64,000 nt of DNA from Amphiscolops sp. MND2022 (Eukaryota). Below, piece by piece: positions 1 to 12,026 of the stretch; the first letter of the stretch is position 1, and every line of letters begins with the position of its first letter. Made by a program: the position numbers and the translations under genes. The stretch is from the NCBI GenBank assembly GCA_964187785.1, contig OZ076409.1:78122001-78186000 (forward strand). The letters run 5' to 3'. The notes under the pieces were generated by a model. It had not been told where the DNA came from. It ran no database searches and worked only from the letters and a program-made list of their open reading frames with translations.

Positions 1-744
1 CTGAGTTGAACCGAAGGATCGATAAAGTTTTGCAGAGACAGCTCGAAAAGTGCAAATTTTTCAACGTGCACAGAATGCTTAACGGTGGCGTCGACATTAC
101 AGATCAATTTCACTACACTGAGCCGTTTTGGAACGAACTTTGCACGATCTTCTTCAATTGGCGTCTTCAAAAACAACTAATAGCTGAGTTGTAGTTTTCA
201 TTTAACACAAATATTTTTCAAGACTCACTTTCTGAATATGAACCTAGTTTTGTATCTAATCAAATACGTTTTTGTTTAACGTTATAACTGTAAAGTCAAC
301 AACCCCTTATCATGGAAAAGTAAGAAAAATTCTGAAAAGAGGTTTCATTGTCATACTCTGGTTAGAAGTTGAATTTAAACATGAATGCATGGTCTTGACT
401 CACGGAAAAACTTTGTTTCAGCCACTTTTTGTTCAATTGTAAAACTCGAAATTTCACTTGTCAATGACTATCATGAACACGAATAGTCATTCGGAAATTA
501 TTTCCCAAAAGGGAAAAAATCCTCCAATGAGGCAAATTTTTTGAAACGCCTTATTTGATGCAAATTTAGGTTCAGGACGAAAAATTAGACGAATTTGATG
601 TGCCCATGTCTAGGGTTTACTCGATATTTTGTCATGAAAAACTTTTTTGCATTTTGTTTTCACATTGACTTAATGTAAGAAGACTGAGGAGAATAGCTGT
701 TGGTTGTGGTGGTGGTTTTGGTTGTGGTGGTGGTTTTGGTTGTG

Positions 745-1048
<304 letters not shown>

Positions 1049-1292
1049 GGTAAACAACCATGGGTACTGATTCAAAATTGTTGCTTTCAGGAAATCTCCG
1101 AAATAGTGAAAACCATTGGATAAGCGAATGAATGTTATCCAATGTCCGTCAATGTCTAAAGGTGTGTACAATTTGAAAAGTGTCTCTTGGCATAGAGTAA
1201 TTGTAAGTATTGGTGTCGAAGCAACCCAAGTATCGATGTTTTAGTGCGGGAACTTTTGGAAAAAAAACTTGAAGCAAGTCTGCCCTATCCAT
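1049..1292 (-). pseudogene. Adenain-like cysteine protease, N-terminal half (Polinton PRO), truncated by the (AGT)n tract
   Basis: Manual translation from ATG 1292: MDRADLLQVFFPKVPALKHRYLGCFDTNTYNYSMPRDTFQIVHT, frameshift, LDIDGHWITFIRLSNGFHYFGDFL. Shows the LGCF, IV(N/H)T, GHW and YF.D motifs. Start overlaps the MCP stop. The catalytic Q..CG region is absent. Confidence 0.75.
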
Positions 1293-2571
1293 GTTTCAAC
1301 ACTTTTCTTGTTCGATCATTTTGAACTGTTGTAAATCCTTCTTCCAGGACAAGCAGTTCTAAAGGCGTGCTAGTGTTGGTCGAAAGTTTGAGCTCGACCC
1401 GTATTGCTGCTTCCACAAGTTCGGGATATTGAATTTTTTGATTGCACTGTTGTGTGGAGGTAAGGTCGAAAACTAAATAATAGTGATTTTCATAATTGTC
1501 CAACTTGATTAGGGAACCGTCTTCATCAAAAAGGTGGGTTTGAATAGTCTTAAAGTAAAGTTGAGTGTTGGAACTTGTGCTACATTCCACCACTGGTACA
1601 CCATTCCGTAATACTCGCACTTTCTTTAAATTGTGTTTGTGGAATGCAAGCAGAGTGTCTGTCCAACGTCCAGTAAATTGATTGTTGGGACACGTGGCCA
1701 GTACCATGCGTCTAATTGGTTCTGCATTGAAAATATCATCACGAAGAAAACGACTTTAGTCCTTTGGAATCACAAATGTCTTGATGCTGCGTACTTTAAA
1801 ATAGTTGTATATAGCAAGCTATTTGATCAGAGATTGTTGTAAATTGACGTGATAGTTTTCTGCAACAGTGTAGTAACGAACAAAATTTGACACTGGTTCA
1901 ATTTTTGGGATGAAGGCAGGGTTGAGGCAGGGTGAGAGCACTTTGCAGCAAGTATTCGGGCTTGTTTCTCGTCAGTCGAATTCGCATGGAACAATTGTGA
2001 ATGAGAAGTTGATCACAAGCCAGGAGATCCACCGCCAGGTTTCCATAAAATGTCTTTGAGGCGGATGCTAGGATCCATATTTCTCGGTGGGCAAGCATAT
2101 CACCGGCAGCGGACTCAAAAATGTAGCCTTGCGTAATGAGCTTTGTTGTGGCACAGCCCTGCGTGTGAGACAGTTCGGTTTCAACAAAAGCTCTCTGTGC
2201 ATACAAATTGTTGGATGTGTACAATTTCATTGTTGATTAAAATTTCACAATTAGAAAAGAAGGAGTGTAGAGTGTTGTTGATGAAGCTGACTATGTCGGT
2301 TGCTTTAGCTGCAGTGTTTTCACTCCAGGCCAGGTTCGTCTCCAAATTGGTGTTGCCATTAGCACCCTTTCCAATATTTGTCAGTTGTGAGTACAAAATC
2401 AAAAACTGATGCATCGTGTGCGGTGACTGGCAACGTTTCTTGTTCAAAAGAATTGTCGAAAGACACAAGCACTTCTGATTTAGAAAAAACGTCTAGAGTA
2501 GAGTGAGTTGCCGGTTTTGGTATTATGAGCGCCGCTGCTGCCGTCGTCCTTGTTTCGAGGTTCACCGTCAA
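1285..2571 (-). pseudogene. Polinton double jelly-roll major capsid protein (MCP/PY), frameshifted
   Basis: Fragments STLDVFSKSEVLVSF, FINNTLHSFFSNCEILINN, SNNLYAQRAFVETELS, MRIRLTRN and YYLVFDLTSTQ...IRVELKL...LELLVLEE...DRTRKV match Polinton MCP motifs (ELDLF, NNFLHSLFS, YPYRAYIE, FAFDLT). Confidence 0.85.
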
Positions 2572-2579
2572 GGCAAGTT

Positions 2580-2870
2580 TTGAAAATTGTCATTTTTTTA
2601 CGTTTTCGAGTTTTTTGTTGTTGCTGCTGTTTTTCCTGATGTTGTTTTTTTTGCTCTCCTTTTTTGCTGTGCGACTGTTTGGTCTTGGAACTTTTTCCAA
2701 CTGACTGTCGTCTTCTCTTTTTTTTGCGGCCCAGTACCCAATTGTTTCTTTACTGTTTTCTCGGCTGCACTCTTTACACACTTTTAAGGGCTAAAGAACC
2801 AATGCCACTTCCGTCTAACGGGACCACGGCAATGTTCAATGGGTTTTGCTTGTGGAATGAAAACACTCAT
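2580..2870 (-). pseudogene. Small basic Polinton ORF upstream of MCP (putative core/virion protein with GxG motifs)
   Basis: Frameshifted pieces DGSGIGSLALK and SAAEKTVKKQLGTG followed by a Lys/Arg-rich tail. Position immediately upstream of MCP is typical. Confidence 0.5.
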
Positions 2871-2903
2871 TGTCGAATAAAACAAAAAAAATTGTGAAAT
2901 GTA

Positions 2904-3863
2904 TTACTTGGGTACTTTAATAATCTCAGCTTCGTAAAATTCGCTCCGAAGTTCTTGGTTTTTTTCGTCGCGCAAAATGTTAGAGGGTGGATGAGTGGAG
3001 AACACTGTGGAAATTGGAAAATTTTCGTTTGCAAACTGTTGTAGATATCCCTTTCTGAAGTGCACATTCTTTGAAGCAATGCGTACAAAGTCGCTTACCT
3101 TGTACTTTGCCTTTTTTCTTTCATCACTGCAGACCTTTGTTTAAGTGCGATAATATTGAGCAGATGCTTTTTCTCAACCTTTGACGGTGCCATACGAAAT
3201 GATCGATTCAACGGTCGTTGAGAGTTTTTACAAAGTCTGGCAACTTGTCAATATAGCGCCAAATCCATTTCTCTTCGAGATACCGAACAGTTTGTGCCTC
3301 CAAAGCTCTGATGGCACGCTCAGCAAACGCTGCTTTTGTACCGCTAAAAACAATGATGTACTCTAACTGTTTTGCGAAACTTGCGAAATTCACACTCAAA
3401 CTCTCGACCTTGATCAGTCCGAGTTTCATTGGGATGTACCGTGGGACATTTATTCAACAATCAGCCAGACCATCTTTCGTAGCCACAGATGTCAGTCGCT
3501 TCAGTGGTTCCACTCTCAAGTAGCGTGACAAGACATTTACACAGACTAGTAAAAACTATACACCATCATTTGGCATGGCAATTCTATCGACGTAAGCAAC
3601 ATCTATGCACCAAATGTCGCCAATGTCGAAAACTAGTTTAGTCAGTCTGGGATAGGATCTACGCTGGGGAATGAAAAACTTTGTGCTGGAGTTTTTACCT
3701 TGCAAAAAAGTAATAACTTTGTTCAAAGACTATTTCGTTGTTTTTTGCAATTATTGGCGCAATCCATACGCTGAGAAGTCACTCTTCCATGCTTTTTCCA
3801 ACAACTTTTTTTTCTGTTTCTCTTTTTCAAAATTGTTTCTTTTCACCCTTGACTGAATACCAT
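2904..3863 (-). pseudogene. Polinton retroviral-like (rve) integrase
   Basis: DIWCIDVAYVD..NDGV*FLLVCVNVLSRYLRVEPLK; TDQGREF; KAAFAERAIRALE..RYLE..YIDKLPDFVKTLN; C-terminus KYKVSDFVRIASK..FRKGYLQQFANE..EFYEAEIIKVPK*. Confidence 0.9.
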
Positions 3864-3873
3864 TCGTTTCATT

Positions 3874-4533
3874 TCATTTCATTTCCGTGCTGGCCGTTGC
3901 CCAGCTGCTGCTGCTACTTGCATCTTGTTCGACGCTTTCAAAGTCCTCATCGTCGTCGTCGTCGTGAGGGCCAAGAGGAAGAACTTTATTGCTATTTCTT
4001 TGATGTTTCAACAGTGACTGATTTACAATCAAGTGTTCGTTAATTTTCACATTTTCAACAATGTCCAAAAATTGTCATGGTACTGGACTACTTTTTGGAA
4101 AGGGGTTCTGTAATCTATATAAAAATGTGCTGAGAGGAATGCCTCTGTCGCAATAGTCTAGCGTAATTGTACCTCTACTTGTCTATTCTATTTTCGGATT
4201 AGACAGATTATTGTCGTACAAGGAAGCGCTACGTCTTTGAATAGTTTCGCTCCACCCACATCCAAAAAATGCCTCCTTCTGACAATCAATAATCTTTGTT
4301 GTACAACTACTATTCACTACTTGCAGGTACGGTGCGTGCTAGCAGTGGCGGTGGTGGTAGGTGTGGTTACATCAGCAGCAGCTCTCTTTTTTCGGTCCAA
4401 GGTTTGCAAAATTTCGTCTTTTCATCATTGGTCAATTTTGAATCGTGCAATACTGTGCTGACAGGTTTACTCGATGCCAATTGACTCTTGTACTGTGAAA
4501 AAAGTATCAATACAAATTTTTTCACAATTCCAT
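3874..4533 (-). pseudogene. Conserved Polinton hypothetical ORF upstream of integrase
   Basis: Starts MGIVKKFVLIL; later fragments GIPLSTFLYRLQ and VKINEHLIVN; acidic tail; syntenic position. Confidence 0.45.
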
Positions 4534-4535
4534 TA

Positions 4536-4844
4536 CTACAAATTTGAAAAGAATTGAAGAACATGCTCGATAAAAACATCTAGCAACAAGAGGCCCTTTC
4601 GGGAAGTGAAAATGGCCCGCTGTTCCGCAAGAGTTGCTTTGGTCGAAATGATTCGCACAATTTGTGGTTTGAACTTTTCAATGTCTTTCCGCCTGATTCC
4701 GGGCACTACACCTTGCAAAATGTTAACAACTGATTCGACCAGAAACTCAATGAAGTCATCCTCACAACCTTTCAACATGTCCAACCGATCAGCTAGTGAA
4801 AGACTCGTGAAATGCTGCAGCGTAAAAAATTGTTCTGTTGTCAT
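4536..4844 (-). CDS. Conserved small Polinton ORF downstream of the ATPase (102 aa)
   Basis: MTTEQFF...FIEFLVESVVNILQGVVP...RAIFTSRKGLLLL resembles the 'E..LNILKGNVP...KGG.L' ORF of Polintons. The frame is open; the ORF track fuses it to the ATPase C-terminus. Confidence 0.6.
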   Translation of the reverse strand: MTTEQFFTLQHFTSLSLADRLDMLKGCEDDFIEFLVESVVNILQGVVPGIRRKDIEKFKPQIVRIISTKATLAEQRAIFTSRKGLLLLDVFIEHVLQFFSNL

Positions 4845-5478
4845 CGTCAATTTCTGTATTGCGGGCCTTTTACTGGGTATATAGAAATTTGTTGGCTCCA
4901 AACTTGTAGAAAATCGTAAAATTTCCAATGTTTTGGGTGACAGATCAATCATGAGAAATCGAAACGGTTTGGATGTGGCTTCCTTGTAACAGAATGATTG
5001 AATTTTTTGCTTGCGCAACTGTTGCCCTGGTCGTTTAAATTGATTGATGTCATAGGGAGATTGAAAAAGCAAAACATGTGTCAACTGCAATTCTACGTCC
5101 CTTGCAATGGGTGTTGTATGAAATAAATTATGCTTAATATACAAAACATGCAAGCCCAAGTGTCTACAAGCGGTAGCAATCCGAGTGAAAACTTTACATT
5201 TTAAAAGTCATCAAAAATTAACAAGCGTTTTTTCCGTTAGATGCTAGGGATTGGTTGATCAAATCAAAGTCCAGTCCTTGTATGAACTCAATTTTTACAA
5301 CATCTCGATTCAATTTTATACGCATCATAGTAATTTTGATAGAAAAAATTACAGATTTGTACTATGGTTGAAACATTGGCAATGTTAAAAATTTATACAA
5401 AAGAGTAGTCTTTCCAGAGCAGAATGGACCAACAAGAGACATAAACAAATAGTTGTCAGTGAAAATGACCTTGTTCAT
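4845..5478 (-). pseudogene. A32/FtsK-like packaging ATPase
   Basis: Walker A LVGPFCSGKTTLL, Walker B LLIFDD, and CRHLGLHVLYIKHNLFH..RDVELQLTHVLLFQSPYD..ATSKPFRFLMIDLSP. Contains stops and frameshifts. Confidence 0.88.
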
Positions 5479-5479
5479 T

Positions 5480-5724
5480 TCAGTGTCGGATGGGGTAGAA
5501 TAGATCCTAGTCTTGTCTAGAACCGGCTTGTCTTTATCGTTTGAAGATGATACAGAAAGTTTGAAAAAACAAAACGATATAACCATAAGAATGACGAGTA
5601 ATCGACAGAAAAAGACAATTTCGGACCGCGGAATAGGCTTGCTGCAAATTGTCCAAGGCTTACCTTCTTGGTTAATCTCATCAAAAACAAATTCTTGCAC
5701 TGAAATATCCGGCTGATCAGTCAT
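5480..5724 (-). pseudogene. Small Polinton membrane protein
   Basis: WTICSKPIPRSEIVFFCRLLVILMVISFCFFKLS: a single hydrophobic segment preceded by a W..C....RSEIVFF motif, just upstream of the ATPase. Confidence 0.55.
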
Positions 5725-5759
5725 GCTGCAAATTTAACAAATGATGATGATAATTACTG

Positions 5760-6378
5760 AGTGTGAGTGTTGCATTGTTATGCAGCGGAAGTCTTTCACG
5801 CCATTTCCGCAGCAGCAGGGTCTTCTTCAATTTTATCGGCTAACCACTTGAGATATAGCTTACTTTTGATGGCAGCACATTTCTCATAATGATTGGGATA
5901 TTTGGGGAAATTGGGTACAATGGCCGGTTCTCCTTGTCTTGCTCGTCGTCGTCGTGTTAATGTTGTTGTTGTTGTTGTTGTTGTTTATCTCCTTTTTCCT
6001 ATTTATCAAATGTTGGATTGCAGAGGCGTCGGGCAGCCCATGTCTTCCAAGTTGTGAACTTTGAAAGTGAAAAAAAACGAGAGAAAAGTCACACTTTTGC
6101 AATCCTTTTGCATACTTCAATACTCCTGGTGGAATGAGGGTGTATACAGCGTTCCTCAATGCCTTATATTCAATAGCGCCTCTATACCACGGAACATTGC
6201 GAATGTTGTTGTTGTATTCCAGTTGTTCTTCTCGGGTTAGATCGTTCCATTGTCTAGGAGGTTTGAATGATAACGATACAGATTGATACGGTGTGGTTAC
6301 ACTAGTTTCTTTAACTACCTCAACTTCTAAAAACTCAACATCCAATACCAACGTGATAATGTAGTTGAAATCAGCCAT
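5760..6378 (-). pseudogene. DEDD-superfamily exonuclease-like ORF
   Basis: LVLDVEFLEVEVVKE..SFKPPRQWNDL..WYRGAIEY..YAKGLQK..HC..CAAIKSKLYLKWL resembles the DxE-type nuclease ORFs found in Polintons and insect DNA viruses. Confidence 0.55.
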
Positions 6379-6437
6379 GCTAGCAAGCAACCAGATTCTG
6401 TGAAAGCAAGAGAGGTAATGAAGTACTAAAAAAATTG

Positions 6438-7466
6438 TTAATGGTTATTGCTACTGACGCTGCTGCTGATTTCAGGATTAGTCAATGTTGTGATTGGATG
6501 AAATGAACCAGTCTCTGTGATTGGACTTACTTCTTTAGGTATTCCATTTGGGTAGCTCTGAATTTCTTTGACAACACTCAATAAACGAGATAGCACCATC
6601 CGAGAAATGTCTGTTTGTTGCATTTTTCAGCGCTTTTGATGTTGAATAAAGAGTTTTAAGTACAAGTAGGTAGCATGAGGATAACGCTTGGAAGCTACAC
6701 TGACGACTCTCGATTTGTTTGAGAAAAAGTCTTGAACTTCAAAATGAAGTCAAAGTAGTCCATAGCATTCTTGTGGTAGGGCATGCGAACATCTAGTGAA
6801 AAGTCGAAGACATTGACAACGTTGGTGTAAACGTCGTCCCAAAGAATTTTGTCTAATTCTTGAAACTTGAGAGTCGATTACTTTTGTGGTGTGTATTCCA
6901 TGGTCTCTTCATCCAACTTGAACAGTTGAATACCTGTACAGCTTTCTGAAGAAGACGGATAGGTTTCACCTGTAATCAAAAAGTAACGTTTTGCACTAAC
7001 TTCAACTTTGAAACATTTTGACACTTTACAATTGGAAGGGTTGACCAGATCAGTTAATGCCATGATGAAAATGTTTTTTGTCAAAATTTTGAATCATCAT
7101 CTAGCAACTGAACTGTAGGTAGTGAACAAAAGTAATGATTTGAATTTGCAAGGTAAGGTTGCAAAGGAAAATTACTCGGCTATGGTGCTGATGTCATTTG
7201 TGGTGATGGCGGAACTTTCAGATGATGAATGTTGGTGCAAATTTTCCAATAGACGAGTCACGACAACAATCTGCGCTTCTACAACTATCATCAGTGACGC
7301 TATAGTGGGTTGTGGCCAGCTGTTGGTTGCTGGTGAGTGTCGTTTCCGTTTTTTCCGACCTATCCGTCTCCAAAGTAGACTCGTGACCCATTCTTTGCTT
7401 CGATGTATACGATTGTGTTTGGTAGCCAATAACACAGGTTCCATCAGGATGTTTCCATGGATACAA
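6438..7466 (-). pseudogene. Polinton accessory ORF, probably spliced, possibly PC4-like
   Basis: Fragments 7218-7466, 6878-7084 and further downstream; candidate minus-strand intron GTAATT...CTACAG at ~7113-7175. Confidence 0.3.
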
Positions 7467-7768
7467 ACAACTTTTTTCGAAAGAACAACAAAGAATTTGA
7501 AGAAATTGTAGGGACCACTCACATTTCCAAAATCATAATTCAAATGCATCAACTTATTTTGAATATCGTCAAAACCATAAAGCAGGATGTGCTATTTGCA
7601 CTGCATATTTTTGTTACAAAACTTGTTTGTCTGATGTTTACCAACAGCAAATTGAGGAGTTACCAGAAAACTTTGAAAATTAATTGAAATTGTAGTAACA
7701 TACAGGTACTTGTTTAGATTGAAATCCTCTGAAAGAACGACGGCAAGTGCTGCTGCTTATTCATCTTG

Positions 7769-10700
7769 ATGCAGTCGTCTGATAGAGCAACAATAACTCC
7801 TTCAACTTCGCAGCAATCCCTGGTAACTTTTGTTTGTAGTAAATGTGGGAAAGAGTTTTCGCGCAAGTACAATTGAAACCGACATGAAAAGGCACTTGAC
7901 AGAGATGATTTAAACTGTGGACAGTGCAACTGCATAGCAAGAAGTAATCAAGATCTCCACACTCATAAATTGCTGAAGCATGTGGAAAAGAAAAACTTCA
8001 ATTGTGGCCACAGTGATTCAACCTTTACCACAATGCTCAAGTTGCAACAACATACACATACCGAACATGGACTCTCAAAATCACCAAACTCCCAACTGAA
8101 CGATACCCTATTTGGGGACGATGAATCACTGAGTGAGCTTTTTCGTAGAAAGAGACACTATATGGGGGATCAAATTGTTTTGCTGCCCCACCAAACAACT
8201 GTTAATGTTCTTTTGAAGGATGAAGGGGTTAATAAAGTAAAGTACTTGATGAAGCGTTTGCAAAATTAACGAGGGTATCCAAAATGAAAGTCAGTTTCGG
8301 ATACACTTTCTCAATCAACGAAACTGACGAATATCGGTACTACTACTCAAGTGACAATACAACGGTCCTACCCAAACCAAAGCTAGTATAAAACGTTGAA
8401 CAATTCAAACTGATGAAGACATTTTCATCACTAACTTCACTGAAAAACTTACAAACTTTCGCGACAGCACAAAATGGACTTTCTTCTGTTTAACCAACGT
8501 CTCTTTACATGCCACGCACTTGTCACGCCTACCAATGGGAATCACCGATCAAGATGTAATAGATATTCCGGATTTCATCAAATCCTCAAGGAGTGTGTGG
8601 ACTCTTACTCACAACAAATCTACAAAAAGAAAGCCTAATGATAATCTTTGTGTTTTTTGTGCCTTGGCTGCCTTTCAACAAAACTCCAAGCATGGATTGG
8701 AACCTAAAACAATGGAGAATTTTCGAATGTACATTCGCGAAGTGCAAACGAACGTTGTAGATTTTACCGGTTTTGAGCTGACGGGCCTTCCAGACGTTGA
8801 AACGTTTTGTTCTTGCGCCATCCGAGTGTTTTCAGCTGAGCTAGATGTAAATAATGTAGTACAAGGTGAATTGTTATACCGAAGTAAGGGAAAAATGGAA
8901 ATGAGTCTACAACAAACAAATTTTAATGATCTGTTTCTAGTTGATAACCATACTTGTCAATTCCGAAATCTAAACGTATTTTTGACGATTCAAGTGCATC
9001 AGGTGTGAACAGTACTTTTCACTGTTTGAATTGAATCGCCACCTGAAGTCATGCTCGGAAAAGTCAGATCACTCGTCTCCAGGTGGGAAATATACGCCCA
9101 CTTTCACTTTTTCGTGACACTAGAAACCACGTTTGATGTTTGTGTTCCGCAGGAGCATAGATTCTACAAATCGTTTGGAACCTTTGATTTTGAAGCAAGT
9201 CAGAAAAAAACCACCGCCCTATCTAGAACAAATTGATGAATTGTTAATGGATTTTGAGCCAGATGAATCCGTAGGTGAGAACACACACTCCGATGATGAA
9301 GATACAGTTCAAAAGCAAAGTAGTACCATGTCCAGCACACAACAAAGGTTGCACAGTGTTTGCAGAAAAAACACGAACACAGTGATTACGATATATTGAA
9401 CAGCTACCAATTGTTGGTTTCAACAGCGGGTTTTTTGTTTTGAATTTTTAAAGCCATACCTTTTAAAGGCGCTGCAACGTTTCGTTAGTTTGTCATCCAT
9501 CGAGTGTATCAAGCGAAATACTCGCTTCCTACTGCTTTCGACACCAAACTTGCGTTTCATTCACTGTAGCCATTTTGTTGCCGCTGGAACATCATTAGAC
9601 AAGTTTTTGAAAGCCTATGGTACCGAAGTCAGTTTTATTTTCTTTCCCTACGAGCATCTCACAATTTTTGAAGTTTTACAAGAAACTTCAGTACCACGAT
9701 ACGAATCGTTTTTCTCCTCATTGAAGAATGAAAATAGTTTGCAGAGCGAGATTAACGGTTTCGTCCAAAACGGAGTCAGTCTCACCGATCCAACGAGACC
9801 AAAGACATTATTAGAAGTATATGAGGACATTGAACAAACATGGGAGAAGGAGGGGTTTCAAACAATGATGGATTATTTACAAAATCACAATTACCTTGAT
9901 GTTTATTCCCTCCACAAGGCTCTGAACAATATGGCCAGTTTCTATGAACAACAGTCAATTGACTTGCTGAAGGAAACTCTAAGACTCTGTGGTGCCGCCA
10001 ACAAAATTTGACCTCAATCAAGCAAGGGCGAAGGAATTTTTTCGTTCAACCATACAAACAAGGATTTGTATCAAAGCGTTCGAAACAACATTGTTGGGGG
10101 TCCAAGTATAGTTTTCAATCGTTACAAAAAAACTAATGAAATTGTAATCAATGATGAAAAGTCAAGTCAATAGTTGGTTCTGATGCCAACGCAATGTATT
10201 AATCTGCTATTAATGGCAACATGCCAAGTGGACCTTTGACTCATTACGTGTGCAATAGCGACAGCACTCTAGTTTCCGAAAAAAGTATATTTTTACAGGC
10301 CGAACGACAATATGTTGCCTTTATATCCATACAACATCATGATCAAAATCCAAATTGTTCAGTGACCACTTGTTTCACCAATATGCGCCCCAAGTTAGAA
10401 CACTAGTTCCCGATGCTATCTGTGTGTCCTGTAAAACTGTTTAGGAACTTTTGGGATGTTATCATCACGCCCATGACTGTATGAGTTTGGTTAGTTCACA
10501 AAATTTAAGTTTTGAAACAATGAGTCATACACTTTCTTATGAGGTGCTTAACTCTGCAAAATATTTCAACCGCCTCTAGTTCATGGAATAACTTCGGTGC
10601 AAATACGTGAAAACGACAAGGAGGGTAGAAAAGTTATTCTAAATGCAGGAGTTCGTGTGATTGAGCAATAGGAGTGTCAATGGAATCAGCTCAAAGAAAC

Positions 10701-11948
10701 AGACCCCGAAATATAAGAGTTTTTGAGAAAACTTGATTGTCTTCCACAAAATTTTTCAACTTTGGAGACTTTTCTCAGTGCAGTTTGGAGGAAAAAAGTG
10801 TATGGAATAGCTGAAATTGATATCCATGTTCCAGATGACCATAAGGAATGCTTCAAAGAACTTCAACCCATCTTCAAAGTTACAACTGTCGAGAGACATC
10901 ATCTATCTGTCGTAATGCAAGATTATGCCAAAGTTCTTGATGAAAAACGGTTGGAAATGTCTTGTCGCCAGCTACTTTGGAGAAACAATAATGTTATCTA
11001 CAGACTACATCAAGTGGTGTTTGGAACATGGTTTGGTTGTTGCAAAATGCTACCAGTTTCTTTGTTACAAAAAAGCACAACCCTTCGAAGGTTTTTTGGA
11101 TTTTGTAACAGTGTGATTGCAGAAACATCCAAACTTATTGGAAACGGCGCATATGGCATCCAACTCATAAACAAATTAAAATTCCAAAAAAACGTTTTTT
11201 AATGATAAAAGAAAAATTGATGAAAAAATCAATTCACCCAATTTCCGGACCTATGACATTGTGGATGAAAAGATTCACGAAATTAACATGGCCAAAAGAG
11301 GAATTGTGCACGATGAACCCATTCTTGTTGGTTTTACAGTACTGAACAATGGAAAACAAAGAATGTTAGAGTTTCGTTACGACTTTCTCGGCAGGATTAT
11401 GAGACCAAGGTCTTTTCGTGCAAAAGAGATGGATACAGATTCCTTCTACATGGCATTGACAGAAAACGACCTCTACGATTGTTTCATTGAGGCTGCAAAG
11501 ACACAAATGCAAGAAAGTGCAAAACAATTTCATGAACAAGAAGATTGTTATCTACCGAATGCGCAACTGAATTTTTTAACTCGAAGCTGTTGTAGAGAAC
11601 ACGCTGGAATGGATAAAAGAACACCTGGACTGTTCAAAATTGAATGGAAGGGAACGAAATTGGTTTGTCTCAACAGCAGAACCTACTGTGCACTTACCGA
11701 AAAGAAAAAAAAGTTGGAAATGGTTCCTAAAGGAAGCAACAAAAATCTAGAGTCGCCACTGGAAAGTTTAAATCTGTTTTGTTCAACAAGGTGCCCTACG
11801 AAAGATCCAAACAAAGGATTTCGCTACTACCGAGGAAATATATTCACATATAAACAAAAAAATGTCTATTAGATATTTTAATCACAAACGATTTGTGCAT
11901 CATGATGGTGTTACAACATCCCCAATAAATGTATACCGAAACTCTGAA
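7769..11948 (+). pseudogene. Protein-primed DNA polymerase B (pPolB) with N-terminal C2H2 zinc fingers and an internal VSR-like nuclease
   Basis: DNLCVFCALA; Exo I FGTFDFEA; Exo II LPIVGFNSG; FFPYE; RNNIVGGPSIVFNRY; motif A IVGSDANAMY..MPSG; motif B KLIGNGAYG; motif C MDTDSF; KRTPGLFKIEW; CLNSRTY. Many stops and frameshifts. Confidence 0.92.
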
Positions 11949-12026
11949 ATTTTTTCTTTATAAAACTGGTTTGAATGTATTTGTTATTTTTTTTCAATTT
12001 CAAAGGAATCCCATCATCTTTTCCGG

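Noticed and set aside
6..194. ORF ending ..DQFHYTEPFWNEL.., possibly an SGNH-hydrolase last exon
   Set aside because: Cut by the window edge; a single DxxH motif is not enough evidence.
4536..5159. ATPase fused to the downstream ORF as one 207-aa protein
   Set aside because: More simply a frameshift joining two adjacent Polinton genes in a decayed copy; the same applies to 5362-5724 (membrane protein plus ATPase start).
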